Shown: piece after piece, positions 8,465-17,885 of the stretch
Position numbering within the stretch: position 1 is the first letter of the stretch
Layout: each line of letters opens with the position of its first letter
Source: Sphingomonadaceae bacterium
Lineage (GTDB): Bacteria; Chloroflexota; UBA6077
Direction: 5' to 3'
DNA: 64,000 bases
Assembly (NCBI GenBank): GCA_050261575.1
Contig: JBLNDL010000033.1
Location: forward strand, 1 to 64,000
Made by a program: the position numbers and the translations under genes
The notes under the pieces: generated by a model
Seen by the model: only the letters and a program-made list of their open reading frames with translations
Database searches by the model: none
Told to the model about the DNA's origin: nothing

Positions 8465-11400
8465 AGCAGATCCCCCAGACTCGCGGCCGGCGTCGTCTTG
8501 ATCTCACCCTGGTAGAGCCCGTGCTTCGTCTTCTCCCAGTAGGAGGGCCGGTAGAAGAGCTGGATGAACCCCTTCCACGCGCCGATGCTCATGAGTGCCC
8601 AGTACAGCGGGCTGATCAGCGCGTACTTCACCATGTCGTAGTAGCCCCGGCGCATGCATCCTGCCACGTTGGTGTACATGAAGGCGAAGTTGCCGATGTA
8701 GAGACCGATGGCCCCAAGGTAGAACACGGGAGCTGGGTAGAGCAGTTGAATGACGTCCCAACGCGTCAGATACCAAATCGCGGTGAGGCCCCAAAAGACG
8801 GGGTTCATCAGGAAGCCAAAGAACGTACCCCCGACCACCATGTTGAAGCTGAAGAACTGGTAGGGACCGATATCCCGCATCAGCTTCAAGGGGTGCCGCA
8901 TGTGGACCAGGTAGGTCTGGATGTACCCCTTGACCCACCGGGAGCGTTGCCGGATCCAATTGTATAGCTCGGAGTTGGCTTCCTCATAGGTGGTGGAGTC
9001 CACCACTGCGGTCTTCCCTCCCGCTTTGAACAGCCGCACCCCTAGGTCGGCATCCTCCGTCACGTTGTAGGGGTCCCAGCCCCCCAGCTCCCGCAGTTGC
9101 GCAGTGCGGAAGTGGTTGGAGGTCCCACCCAGCGGAATGGGCGAGTTGCTGGCGTCGAGTCCGGGGATGAAGAGGTCGAACCACATGGAGTACTCGGTCG
9201 TGAACCAGCGGGTCAGAAGGTTCTGATCTCGGTTGTAGTAGTTCAGCTTGGCCTGGATGCACTGAACGCGCGGGTCCGCCTTCCTGAATGCGGCCACAAC
9301 CCTCTTCAACTGGTCCCGATCAGGAATGTCCTCGGCGTCGTAGATGACCACGTACTCCCCTTGAGCGTGGATGAGACCGTAGTTGCAGGCTTTCGGCTTC
9401 CCCTTTGGGAGGGAGTGAGGCACCACCGCCACCTTGAAGTGGGCGGGTAGGTCGTGGCGGAGCGCTGCCTCGATGGTCTCCCTGTCGTCCTCCTCCAGCA
9501 GCAGCTTCACGTCCAGCTTCGCCTTTGGGTAGTCCAGGTTCCCGATCGCACGGATCAGGGTTGGCAGCACCTCTGCCTCTCGGTAGAGTGGCACCAGCAC
9601 GGTGTAGATCGGCAGATCTCGCTCGTCCAGCGCCATGATCTCTTCCGGTGTGACGTCCACCTCCAACGTGTGGGAGATGGCCTTGTAGATCAGGTAGAAC
9701 TTGTACGTGGAGAAGGCCAGGTAGAAGGCAGTGCTGAGCGCGATGGCCCACGTAAAGTAGGCCAAGGGGTTGACGGCCACCAGCAGGAGAGACAGCCCCA
9801 GGAACGCCAGCAGTCCCGCCTTCTGGCGACGGGTCAGCACCCTCATGGCTGAGTCGTCGGGGTAGCGATACACCAGGTCGTTGGCGCTGCGCCAGAGATA
9901 CTCGCTGCGGTAGATCCTCTCCAGCGCCTCCTCCAAGTCCTCCTCGGTCGTGATCACTGGATCGACCCTGCAGCCCGTGATGCCCTCGACCTGGGCGATG
10001 GTCTCGGAGTCCAAGGGGTTCACCATCGCGAGGACGACCCTGTTACCGACCCGGGCCAGGGGGAGAACGCCGCGTTCCCGTGTCAACGACTCCGGAACGC
10101 TGCGGGCAGCCTCCTCGTCTATCTCCACTTCCGCCAGACTGTAGTGTGGCACCTGCAGTTGCTCGGATAGGACATCCACCAACTGCTCCTGTGTGATGTA
10201 GCCGAGGCTCAGAAGCGCTTTCTCCAGCCTCACACCGGTCTGTCGGTGGGTTGCCAACCCCTTCTCGAGTTGTTGCCTGTTGATCAGGTCCTTCTGCACC
10301 AGCAGGTCCCCAAGTGTCTGCCGGCCGTGGACCCTCCGCAGCGCCTCCAGTACCTCGCTCCTGGTGGCGACCAGTATGGAGATCGGCCGCCCGAGTGCCT
10401 CCTCCACTTGCTCGGGAGCACCATCCAGAGGATTGGCGAAGGCCACGGCGATCGTGTTGCCCTCCCGCCGCACGGGGACCGCAACGCACCTGTTCGCTAC
10501 CTCTTCGGGGAGGAGTCGGGCGACCTCAGGCTCCACAGGTTCGACCCATCGCAGACCCTGCCGGCGGTTTCCGAGGGCATCGATCACCTCTACAGGTACC
10601 GAATGGTACCGCAAGTCGGTCCGTGTCAGGTGGAGGCGCGCGGCCATGGCGTCCGCGAGCTGTTGCTCCGATAGGAACCCCAAGTCGGTGATCGCGATAT
10701 CGAAAGGGAGCTCGGAGCGAAGCTGATGCTGCCAGATCTGCAGCAGTTGCTCGCGGCTGATCACACCGGAGACCACCATCGACTCCGCGAACTCCCGTAG
10801 AGGTGCGCTGAGCCTGGAGAGATCTAAGTCGTACAGCCGCTCGATCGCCAACTGTACCGCTTCCTCGCTCGTCACCACCACCCGTGGGATCAGACCGTGG
10901 GTGCCTATGGCTTGCTCCAGGGTTCGCACACTTTGAGGATCCGGGGTGGCAGCGGTGAGGATTCGGCCCTCCCTGTGGAGCGGAAGCAGGCGATACTGAC
11001 TGGCGAGCTCCTTGGACAGCAGGTTGATCGTCTCGGAGGTAGGGGCATACCGTGATGCGGTCACCCAGGGGATTCGAAGCTGTAGCGCCTGCAGCTCGAT
11101 CAATCCGGCCTCGTCGAGCAGATCGAGATCCCTGAGGCAGTTGGCCAGGGGTTGATGGGTGCGGCGCTGTCGCTGGAGTCCACGCTCGATTTGCCTCGCC
11201 GTCATCCTGCCGCCGCGGAGCAGGTATGTCTCCTCTTGCGGTGCCGCGTGGCTAGTGCTCCCAGTTGCATAGAGCCTGCCTATGTTCTCTTCTAGCTCCG
11301 CTTGGCCGCAGAGGTGCGCTTCGACCGGACAGCCGTACAGCCTTTCCAGAAGCTTCAGTGCGTCTTGGTTCACGGTCTCCGCCGTGGCTACCTGCAGCCT

Positions 11401-12438
11401 CCCCTTAGACATCGCCAGGGGAAGGCAGCCCAGACGCCGCGCCAGCGGCTCGGGAAACCCGGATGCCAGCGAGGGATCGACGGTCGCATGTGAGAGCCTG
11501 ACTGGCTGGATACCCAACTGGTGGGCGCGGGCCTCCAGCAGATCGTATTCGTCGATCAACCCCAACCGCAGGAGCACCTTCTCCACGGGCTCCCCAGTGT
11601 TCACGGCGATAGTACTGGCTCGGGCTATCTGCCCTCTGTCCACCGATCGGTGCTCCAGTAGCTCCTGCCAGAGGGACTTGGTGGGCCGCGGCAGGTCCTC
11701 CGCCTGGGGCAGATAACTGTTTTCCAAGGCTTGACGCGCTTCCGAGGGGGTGCACAGGACAACGTACGGGGGGAGGCCCGTGAGCTGCTCCACCTCACGG
11801 AGTGCGTTCTCGGGGGGCAGGGTGGGGCTTGCCAGAACCATCTCGGTGCCGATTGGAAACAGGGCGACGAGTTGCCATCGCCTCGCCAGTTGCTCGGGGA
11901 TGAGCCGGACGAAGGGAGGGAAAGGCGCCCACGCCTTGAGACGGAGGTGGGGCAGGTAGAGGGCCATGCCCAGTGCCTCGATCAAGTCTTCCTCTGTCAG
12001 TACTCCAGCGAGTGGAAAGCGGTCCGGATCCGGGGGCTGGGACCTATCCAGCTCTTGCGCGATGGTGCGAGCCTGGTTCTCGGTGAGGAATCCGGTGTGC
12101 GCCAGCGATTGGATGGCGAAAGCCCAATCGGCAGGCGGCTCGTGCGGGGCGTACACCCGATTCAAGGCCACATCGATGTCCGCTTCCCCGGTCGGTACCG
12201 GGCGGATCGTGCTGGCGGTCAGCGATCGCAGGTCTCGCAGCACTCCGCGCTCGTCGGGGTTGGCCATCGCCACCACCAACTCGTCGTCCTGGCGCTCCAG
12301 CGGAATCACGCGATGGGCCCGTGCGAAGGGCTCGGGTATCTGGCGCACCAGACGGGGCTGCAGGGGGTACCGGCTGAGTGCGACGTAGGGGCGCAACAAG
12401 GGTGTCCTGAGGTTCGGTACGGCTCCTTCCGTGATCAC
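8461..12438 (-). CDS. Processive GT2 polysaccharide synthase with six N-terminal MshEN/GSPII_E-N repeats (NfrB-related domain content)
   Basis: GT2 motifs KPKACN, YDAED, TED, QRSRW with flanking TMs; repeated MshEN-like units in about the first 850 aa. Confidence 0.9.
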   Translation of the reverse strand: MITEGAVPNLRTPLLRPYVALSRYPLQPRLVRQIPEPFARAHRVIPLERQDDELVVAMANPDERGVLRDLRSLTASTIRPVPTGEADIDVALNRVYAPHEPPADWAFAIQSLAHTGFLTENQARTIAQELDRSQPPDPDRFPLAGVLTEEDLIEALGMALYLPHLRLKAWAPFPPFVRLIPEQLARRWQLVALFPIGTEMVLASPTLPPENALREVEQLTGLPPYVVLCTPSEARQALENSYLPQAEDLPRPTKSLWQELLEHRSVDRGQIARASTIAVNTGEPVEKVLLRLGLIDEYDLLEARAHQLGIQPVRLSHATVDPSLASGFPEPLARRLGCLPLAMSKGRLQVATAETVNQDALKLLERLYGCPVEAHLCGQAELEENIGRLYATGSTSHAAPQEETYLLRGGRMTARQIERGLQRQRRTHQPLANCLRDLDLLDEAGLIELQALQLRIPWVTASRYAPTSETINLLSKELASQYRLLPLHREGRILTAATPDPQSVRTLEQAIGTHGLIPRVVVTSEEAVQLAIERLYDLDLSRLSAPLREFAESMVVSGVISREQLLQIWQHQLRSELPFDIAITDLGFLSEQQLADAMAARLHLTRTDLRYHSVPVEVIDALGNRRQGLRWVEPVEPEVARLLPEEVANRCVAVPVRREGNTIAVAFANPLDGAPEQVEEALGRPISILVATRSEVLEALRRVHGRQTLGDLLVQKDLINRQQLEKGLATHRQTGVRLEKALLSLGYITQEQLVDVLSEQLQVPHYSLAEVEIDEEAARSVPESLTRERGVLPLARVGNRVVLAMVNPLDSETIAQVEGITGCRVDPVITTEEDLEEALERIYRSEYLWRSANDLVYRYPDDSAMRVLTRRQKAGLLAFLGLSLLLVAVNPLAYFTWAIALSTAFYLAFSTYKFYLIYKAISHTLEVDVTPEEIMALDERDLPIYTVLVPLYREAEVLPTLIRAIGNLDYPKAKLDVKLLLEEDDRETIEAALRHDLPAHFKVAVVPHSLPKGKPKACNYGLIHAQGEYVVIYDAEDIPDRDQLKRVVAAFRKADPRVQCIQAKLNYYNRDQNLLTRWFTTEYSMWFDLFIPGLDASNSPIPLGGTSNHFRTAQLRELGGWDPYNVTEDADLGVRLFKAGGKTAVVDSTTYEEANSELYNWIRQRSRWVKGYIQTYLVHMRHPLKLMRDIGPYQFFSFNMVVGGTFFGFLMNPVFWGLTAIWYLTRWDVIQLLYPAPVFYLGAIGLYIGNFAFMYTNVAGCMRRGYYDMVKYALISPLYWALMSIGAWKGFIQLFYRPSYWEKTKHGLYQGEIKTTPAASLGDLL

Positions 12439-12456
12439 CGCTCCTGCTACCTTCCG

Positions 12457-12630
12457 TCACCGTCTCGGTCGTTTTCGATCCCACTCGTAGAGGTCGAAGG
12501 CCGCGTACGCGGCCAGAAAGACTCCCAGTATCAACAGCGGTACAGTCAGGAAACCGAGAAAGACGGTCAGGAAGATCAGCAGCCACAGGGCCATGATCAG
12601 GAAGACTCGCAACAGCACGAAGACGATCAT
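12457..12630 (-). CDS. Small hydrophobic membrane protein (57 aa), absent from the ORF track
   Basis: MIVFVLLRVFLIMALWLLIFLTVFLGFLTVPLLILGVFLAAYAAFDLYEWDRKRPRR; ATG overlaps the upstream stop (TGATG); fills the operon gap. Confidence 0.75.
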   Translation of the reverse strand: MIVFVLLRVFLIMALWLLIFLTVFLGFLTVPLLILGVFLAAYAAFDLYEWDRKRPRR

Positions 12631-13625
12631 CAGCACGTTGCGGGCGAGTAGCCTCGACTGCCTCGTCCCTCCGTCTCGCCGATCCTCAGTTCCAGGCTGC
12701 CTGGAGCGCTACCGACCACTCGGGGCAGGAACTGCGCGAGTTGCTTGATCCGCTCCTCCAGCGGAAGGACGCTGTCGTACTGGACGGTGGCGTAGAGCGT
12801 CCCCCGGTGGAAGCGCCGAACCTTCACGCGCCGGACGCCCTCCAACTCCTCCAGGGCTTGCTGGAAGGCCGCCAGGGATCGGAAGCTTTCGAATGGTGAG
12901 ACCACCAGGTTGATGGATCCCAGGGTGTCGGCTATGTCTAGGGTGCCTGGCGGTCTCGCTGGACCTGTTTGGACTCGCGGTGGCTCGGCCATTGCGTGCC
13001 CCTCCGACCCCCTCTCCCAGGGGGCGAAGGTCTCGGTGATGGCACGATCGCCAGCGCCACCCTCTTCTCGGAGGAGCGCGACCTGACCGGCGGGTGCAGC
13101 CTCGGGTTGAGAGGCAACCGGACCCTGGGGTCTGGCTCCGGAGGCCCATTCGTGTCCGTCGGCCACTTCCGCCCGCAGTTGCGGGGCCGGCATACGTTGT
13201 GATCCCGCCACGGGCTCGGACCCGCTCGAGAGCCGGACTTCTTGGCTGGCCCGAGTCGGGGGCTCCTGGCTCGCGACCCATTGGAGCGCAGCCGCGAGCC
13301 TTTCCGCGGAGATGTCCTGGGGCAGCACCGTGTCCATCCGTCCCAGCAGTGCCCGATCCGCGGCCCCGGCGCCTACCAGCCCGACGAAGCGGGTCGGCAT
13401 GCCCTCCATCCTGCTGAGATCGACGACTGTGGCCACAGTATCACCCTGGGCTGCTTCGAGATCCACCAGCACCACGTCCGGAGAGACCTCGAGAAACGAC
13501 AACCCGAGTTCCCTGCCCGTTGAGGTCGTGCCGACCACCTGGAGATTTCGGTAGTGTTCCAGGATCATCCTCAACACCAGAGAGGTGCTCTCGTCGTCGC
13601 TGGCCACGAGGATACGGAAGGCCAT
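12630..13625 (-). CDS. Atypical receiver-domain protein with a low-complexity linker and an unknown C-terminal domain
   Basis: N-terminal 'RILVASDD...PDVVLVD' REC fold, conserved Thr/Lys not evident; C-terminal domain similar to that of 13625-14671. Confidence 0.75.
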   Translation of the reverse strand: MAFRILVASDDESTSLVLRMILEHYRNLQVVGTTSTGRELGLSFLEVSPDVVLVDLEAAQGDTVATVVDLSRMEGMPTRFVGLVGAGAADRALLGRMDTVLPQDISAERLAAALQWVASQEPPTRASQEVRLSSGSEPVAGSQRMPAPQLRAEVADGHEWASGARPQGPVASQPEAAPAGQVALLREEGGAGDRAITETFAPWERGSEGHAMAEPPRVQTGPARPPGTLDIADTLGSINLVVSPFESFRSLAAFQQALEELEGVRRVKVRRFHRGTLYATVQYDSVLPLEERIKQLAQFLPRVVGSAPGSLELRIGETEGRGSRGYSPATC

Positions 13626-14671
13626 CAGTTGAGTGCCTCCATCTCGACCATTTCCAGCTCGACCTGTTCGCGTGTTGCCGACACGGGGCGAAGTTGGATT
13701 CCAGGTATCGCCAGCAACGATCCGATCGGCGTCGCATCACCGGTGCACTGCAATACCACGCCGAGCGATTCCCCGTCGAGATGCTCGATCCTGGTGTCGA
13801 CCACTCCGGGGAGCCGTCTGATCGTCCGAAAGAAGGCGAGCAGCGATGCCAGGTTGTGGAACGGCCGTATCACCAGTTCGATGCTGCCGGCAGGTACTCC
13901 AGCCGGTGTCCCCGTGTTCATCTGCGGGGGGGCTGGCTCCTTCGACGGCAGCGGGCCAACCACCTGCTCCGGCGCCCCAGATCGGACGTGGACGGGAGTC
14001 TGCTGCCCTGCCTGGTACGAGGAGTCCTCATCCATTATGTTCCTGTTGACTTCCTGAGAGGAAGGGGAAACCGACTGTGATTGGAGCACGGCACCCTGGA
14101 CTTGGGGCTCGCTGGCCTCCGGAGCCGGCATCGACGTAGTGGCGCCGGGGCTGCTTGCGGCCAGAACGGCCTTGTCCAACTCCTGCGCCATCGTGATGAT
14201 CGATTCCTTCGTCCTCCGTAGCACCTCGGTGGTCTTTCGGTCGGTCTGGTGAACGCGGTGCTGGATTTCCCCTCGGGCTTGATCCAGCAGGGAGAGCACC
14301 TCCATCTGGAGCTCTATCGCTCGCATCCTGGCTTTCTCAAACCCGCGGCTCTCCTCTTCCTGGGTTGCTCCCCCCCTCGCCTCGATCGTCTCCGCGGCCC
14401 GATCGACCATTCGGGCAGCCGCAGTCATGGCGAACCTGGACAGCTCCGACATGGTCGCCAAGGAGGCCTCGAGTGTGGCTAGACGCTCGTTGGCCCGCTG
14501 GAGAGCCGACTGTAGATCGGAATTGCTTCGCAGCAACTCTTGGTTCTTTCGCCGAAGCTCTTCGAAACTGGCCACCAAGTCTCGAAAGAGGCGCAGCGAT
14601 ACTTTGTCTTCGCTTCCGAGCCTCTCCAGTTCGAAGTCGGTGTCGGTGAGCCTGTCGCCGAGTTCGGACAT
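13625..14671 (-). CDS. Coiled-coil protein (DivIVA-like organisation) with an unknown C-terminal domain
   Basis: Heptad-rich N-terminal half, Pro/Ser/Gln linker; start of the next gene overlaps its stop (TGATG). Confidence 0.7.
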   Translation of the reverse strand: MSELGDRLTDTDFELERLGSEDKVSLRLFRDLVASFEELRRKNQELLRSNSDLQSALQRANERLATLEASLATMSELSRFAMTAAARMVDRAAETIEARGGATQEEESRGFEKARMRAIELQMEVLSLLDQARGEIQHRVHQTDRKTTEVLRRTKESIITMAQELDKAVLAASSPGATTSMPAPEASEPQVQGAVLQSQSVSPSSQEVNRNIMDEDSSYQAGQQTPVHVRSGAPEQVVGPLPSKEPAPPQMNTGTPAGVPAGSIELVIRPFHNLASLLAFFRTIRRLPGVVDTRIEHLDGESLGVVLQCTGDATPIGSLLAIPGIQLRPVSATREQVELEMVEMEALN

Positions 14672-14838
14672 CGGTTCTCCATTCTAGACGCCCGGCGCAA
14701 GCGGGGCGCACGGGGCGGAGGAACGGTGTTGATCGTAACGATCAGTCTAGGTGCTGGGTAGAGAGGCAGCCAGGGTGCAACCCCACTTCTTGAATTGGGA
14801 GATGCGGGAAGGCGGTCGGGGGTCTTCCCTGAGGAGCA

Positions 14839-14852
14839 GGGTGCTAGCACCC
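14839..14852. promoter_or_regulatory. Palindromic operator GGGTGCTAGCACCC
   Basis: Perfect 14-bp palindrome in the divergent intergenic region; identical core at 15706-15719. Confidence 0.6.
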
Positions 14853-14995
14853 AAGGAGCGCGACCGGCGAGAGGCCTTCTTCTTGACACCGGCCTGCCCT
14901 GGGGCTAAGGTACGGGGCGGTGAGCGTAGCCCCCCCACAAGGCCCCACGCGGTCTTGGCACTCGGCTGTCCTCGAACGAAGGAGCACCCGGCGGC

Positions 14996-15706
14996 ATGGC
15001 CATGTCTACCGCAAACGCCCAGGGCAAGATCCGAGTCGTGATAGTGGAGGATGAGAGCCTCTACCGGGACCTGCTGTCGTTCGCCTTGGCGCAGCACCCC
15101 AGGCTCGAGGTGGTCGGATCCTTCGCCGACGGAGAGAGTGCCGTGAGTGCCGTCTCTCGCCTGCGTCCCGATGTGGCCATGCTGGACATCGAACTGGGCG
15201 GGGCCATGAACGGGATCCAGTTGGGCCTCCTGCTTCGCCAGCAGTTGCCCGACTTGGGGATCGTGATCCTCTCTAACCACCAGGACACTCAGTTCCTTGC
15301 AGCGGTCCCCCAGGCATCGGTGGCTGGGTGGTCTTACCTGCTGAAGAAGTCGGTGAGCGACCTCCAAGCGCTGGGCCGTGCCATCGAGGGAGCGGCTGCA
15401 GGGTTCGTGGTGCTGGACCCTCGACTGGTGACGGGAGCCAGGAGGGGTGGCCAGAGCCCGCTGTCCCACCTGACCCCTCGGCAGCAGGAGATCCTGAGCC
15501 TCATCGCCCAGGGCTTCACCAACTCTGCCATCGCGGAACGTCTCAGTCTGGCCGAGAAGACGGTGGAGAACCAGATCAATCTGCTCTACCAACAGTTGGG
15601 GATCGACCGTGAGGATCCGTCCCTGCAGCCCAGGGTCAAGGCGACCCTGATCTGCCTGCAGGCCGCGCAGCCCCGACAAGAATGGGAGAGAATCCCGCCG
15701 AGATAG
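14996..15706 (+). CDS. NarL/FixJ-family response regulator (REC + LuxR HTH)
   Basis: VEDE, DVAMLD, YLLK; 'LTPRQQEILSLIAQGFTN..IAERL.L.EKTVE'. Confidence 0.93.
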   Translation: MAMSTANAQGKIRVVIVEDESLYRDLLSFALAQHPRLEVVGSFADGESAVSAVSRLRPDVAMLDIELGGAMNGIQLGLLLRQQLPDLGIVILSNHQDTQFLAAVPQASVAGWSYLLKKSVSDLQALGRAIEGAAAGFVVLDPRLVTGARRGGQSPLSHLTPRQQEILSLIAQGFTNSAIAERLSLAEKTVENQINLLYQQLGIDREDPSLQPRVKATLICLQAAQPRQEWERIPPR

Positions 15707-15720
15707 GGTGCTAGCACCCT
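15705..15720. promoter_or_regulatory. Palindromic operator AGGGTGCTAGCACCCT
   Basis: Perfect 16-bp palindrome upstream of the stand-alone REC gene. Confidence 0.6.
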
Positions 15721-15786
15721 TCAGACCGGCCTCGCCGAACGGTAGCATGTGGAGACAGAGGCGAGGAGTGTCCGGGAGATCTAGAG

Positions 15787-16176
15787 GTGCCGCAGCTACC
15801 GACTCCTGAGAGCGCAGGCCATCGTCCCACGCTGTTGGTGGACGACCAAGCTGCCTTTCGCCAGCTTGCCCGCAGCCTTCTGGAGGGCCGCTATGGTATC
15901 GTGGTCGTCGGCGAGGCTTCCAGCGGCGAAGAGGCACTAGAGATGGTGCCGCTCCTCCATCCGAAGGTGGTGATCCTGGACGTACAGCTTCCGGGAATGA
16001 ATGGGTTCGAGGCTGCCTGGCGCATGATGGAGATGGCTCCGGAGCTGCAGGTAGTGGTGGTGAGCGCCTACGATTTCCAGTACACAGCCCTGGCTGAGAG
16101 CGTGGGGGCAGCGGGTTTCGTGAGTAAGCGCCACCTCTCGGCGGAGGGCGTGGCCAGGCTTCTCGGCATCCAGTGA
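15787..16176 (+). CDS. Single-domain response regulator
   Basis: LVDD, ILDVQLPGMNG, VSA, FVSK motifs. Confidence 0.88.
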   Translation: MPQLPTPESAGHRPTLLVDDQAAFRQLARSLLEGRYGIVVVGEASSGEEALEMVPLLHPKVVILDVQLPGMNGFEAAWRMMEMAPELQVVVVSAYDFQYTALAESVGAAGFVSKRHLSAEGVARLLGIQ

Positions 16177-16199
16177 CGGCTGTATCCACTCGCCATGGG

Positions 16200-17885
16200 T
16201 CACTCGCTGGTAAACTCGAGGGGCAGCAGGACGGATAGCCAGGTTCCCTTGCCCGGCTGGCTGACGACCTGCCAGCTTCCGCCCACCTGGTCGACCCGCC
16301 CGGCGATGTTGCTCAGCCCCAGCCCCAAGTTGGTGTGGGCGGTGTCGAAACCGCGACCGTCGTCCTCCACCTCCACCACTAGGCACCCCTTCGTGTCCAT
16401 TCTGAGGCAGACCTGCACCTGCGTGGCCCCCGCGTGCCGGTAGGCGTTGCTCAGCGCCTCCTCCACCGTTCGATAGGCTACGAGGCGTAGTCGCTCCGGG
16501 ATGCGGTTGTGGATGGGATCGTCCATCTCGGCGAGGCTGGGATCGATCTGCACGGAGCAGTTGAGACCATCCTCGAAGCTCGCCACCAGCGAACGGATGG
16601 CGGGCACCAGCCCGACCCGGATGATGGAGGGGTGCAGAAGGTGGCTAGCCCTGCGAATCTCCTGCTCCCTGATATTGTCGATCTCCTCCCTCGTCTGCTC
16701 CAGGACTTCCCGGGCCTTTGCGGGATCCTCCTCCAACAGCCGGATGCAGTCCCCCAGTCGGTGCCACGCCATCAGCAGCTTGGTCTGCACCCTGCCGTGC
16801 AGCAGCTCGGCGATGGACCTTCTGAGCCTTTCGTCGGCCATCGTTAGCTGCTGCCTGGACTGCTGCACCTCCTTCAGTTGAGCTTGAAGGGCCTCGATCA
16901 GGCGGGTGTTCTCCATCGTCAGGGATACCTGGTGGGCGAACGCCTCACTAGTGCGACGTTGGGCGTCGGTCAGTGGCTCCGATGTGAGGAAGACGATCGC
17001 CCCCTCTACCTGCCCCTCAACCTTCAATGGGCAGAGAAAGGCGTGGCGGATCCCGGCCTGGAGAGCCCCCATCCGGATGAGGCGAGGATCGGCTACCCCT
17101 TCGCCTATCTGCTCCAGTGCCGCCGCGACCGGCTCGCCCGTGAGGTATGCCTTTCGACTCCAAAGGTTGGCGTGGACGTCGATGGCAAAGCGATTGGATT
17201 CGGTGGGGGTGCAGGCGTTCCTGGCAGCCGCCAGCACATTCTGCACCGGTTCAGAGTCCAGTCCCGACGAAGCCACGACCCAACCGTGACGGCCGCCGGG
17301 TTCGATGAGCACCATGGCCACGATAATGGCCCCCGTGGCCGCGAGCGCGCTGTCGACGATCTCTTGGTAGATGGCTACCTGGTTGTCTGGGATCCGTGGC
17401 GATGCCGGGCTGCCGACCGTGGAACAGGGTACCGCGATGCCTGCCTCACCGTTGTTGCCCCTTCTGGTCTGGTCCTGCCTCTGGGAGCCATCCCCGACTG
17501 TCAGGTCGACCGACGACTCTCCAGAGGGAGTGCTCTCCAGCCTGGACAGCAGATCGAAGAACTGATCGGCGTTCAGGCTCTTCAGCAGGTAATCGGAGGC
17601 TCCGCTCTCGATCGCCTCGGAGAGATCCTCGTCCTCGGCGGAGTCGGTGAGCATGACGATCTTGGCATCGGGCATCTCCGCCTTGATCATTCGAGTGGCC
17701 TCGAGCCCATTGCATCGCGGCATGTGGAGGTCCATCAAGATCGCGTCGGGGTGGAGCTCCCTTGCCTTCGCCAGAGCCTCGAACCCGTCTCCGGCCGTGC
17801 CGGCCACCTCCACGCCGTGGGCAGCCAGCAGTCTCTGGAGACGCTCCAGGAAGAGCGGTTGATCATCCGCAAGTAGCAGCTTCAT
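16200..17885 (-). CDS. Hybrid sensor kinase REC-GAF-HisKA_3-HATPase
   Basis: NarL-type REC; GAF segment; 'IAELLHG' H-box; EALSNAYRH, EDDGRGF, GLGL, G.GT boxes. Confidence 0.88.
   Translation of the reverse strand: MKLLLADDQPLFLERLQRLLAAHGVEVAGTAGDGFEALAKARELHPDAILMDLHMPRCNGLEATRMIKAEMPDAKIVMLTDSAEDEDLSEAIESGASDYLLKSLNADQFFDLLSRLESTPSGESSVDLTVGDGSQRQDQTRRGNNGEAGIAVPCSTVGSPASPRIPDNQVAIYQEIVDSALAATGAIIVAMVLIEPGGRHGWVVASSGLDSEPVQNVLAAARNACTPTESNRFAIDVHANLWSRKAYLTGEPVAAALEQIGEGVADPRLIRMGALQAGIRHAFLCPLKVEGQVEGAIVFLTSEPLTDAQRRTSEAFAHQVSLTMENTRLIEALQAQLKEVQQSRQQLTMADERLRRSIAELLHGRVQTKLLMAWHRLGDCIRLLEEDPAKAREVLEQTREEIDNIREQEIRRASHLLHPSIIRVGLVPAIRSLVASFEDGLNCSVQIDPSLAEMDDPIHNRIPERLRLVAYRTVEEALSNAYRHAGATQVQVCLRMDTKGCLVVEVEDDGRGFDTAHTNLGLGLSNIAGRVDQVGGSWQVVSQPGKGTWLSVLLPLEFTSE

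Noticed and set aside
8461..12438. PilB/GspE secretion ATPase
   Set aside because: Only the N-terminal MshEN-type domains are present; no Walker motifs, and the C-terminus is GT2
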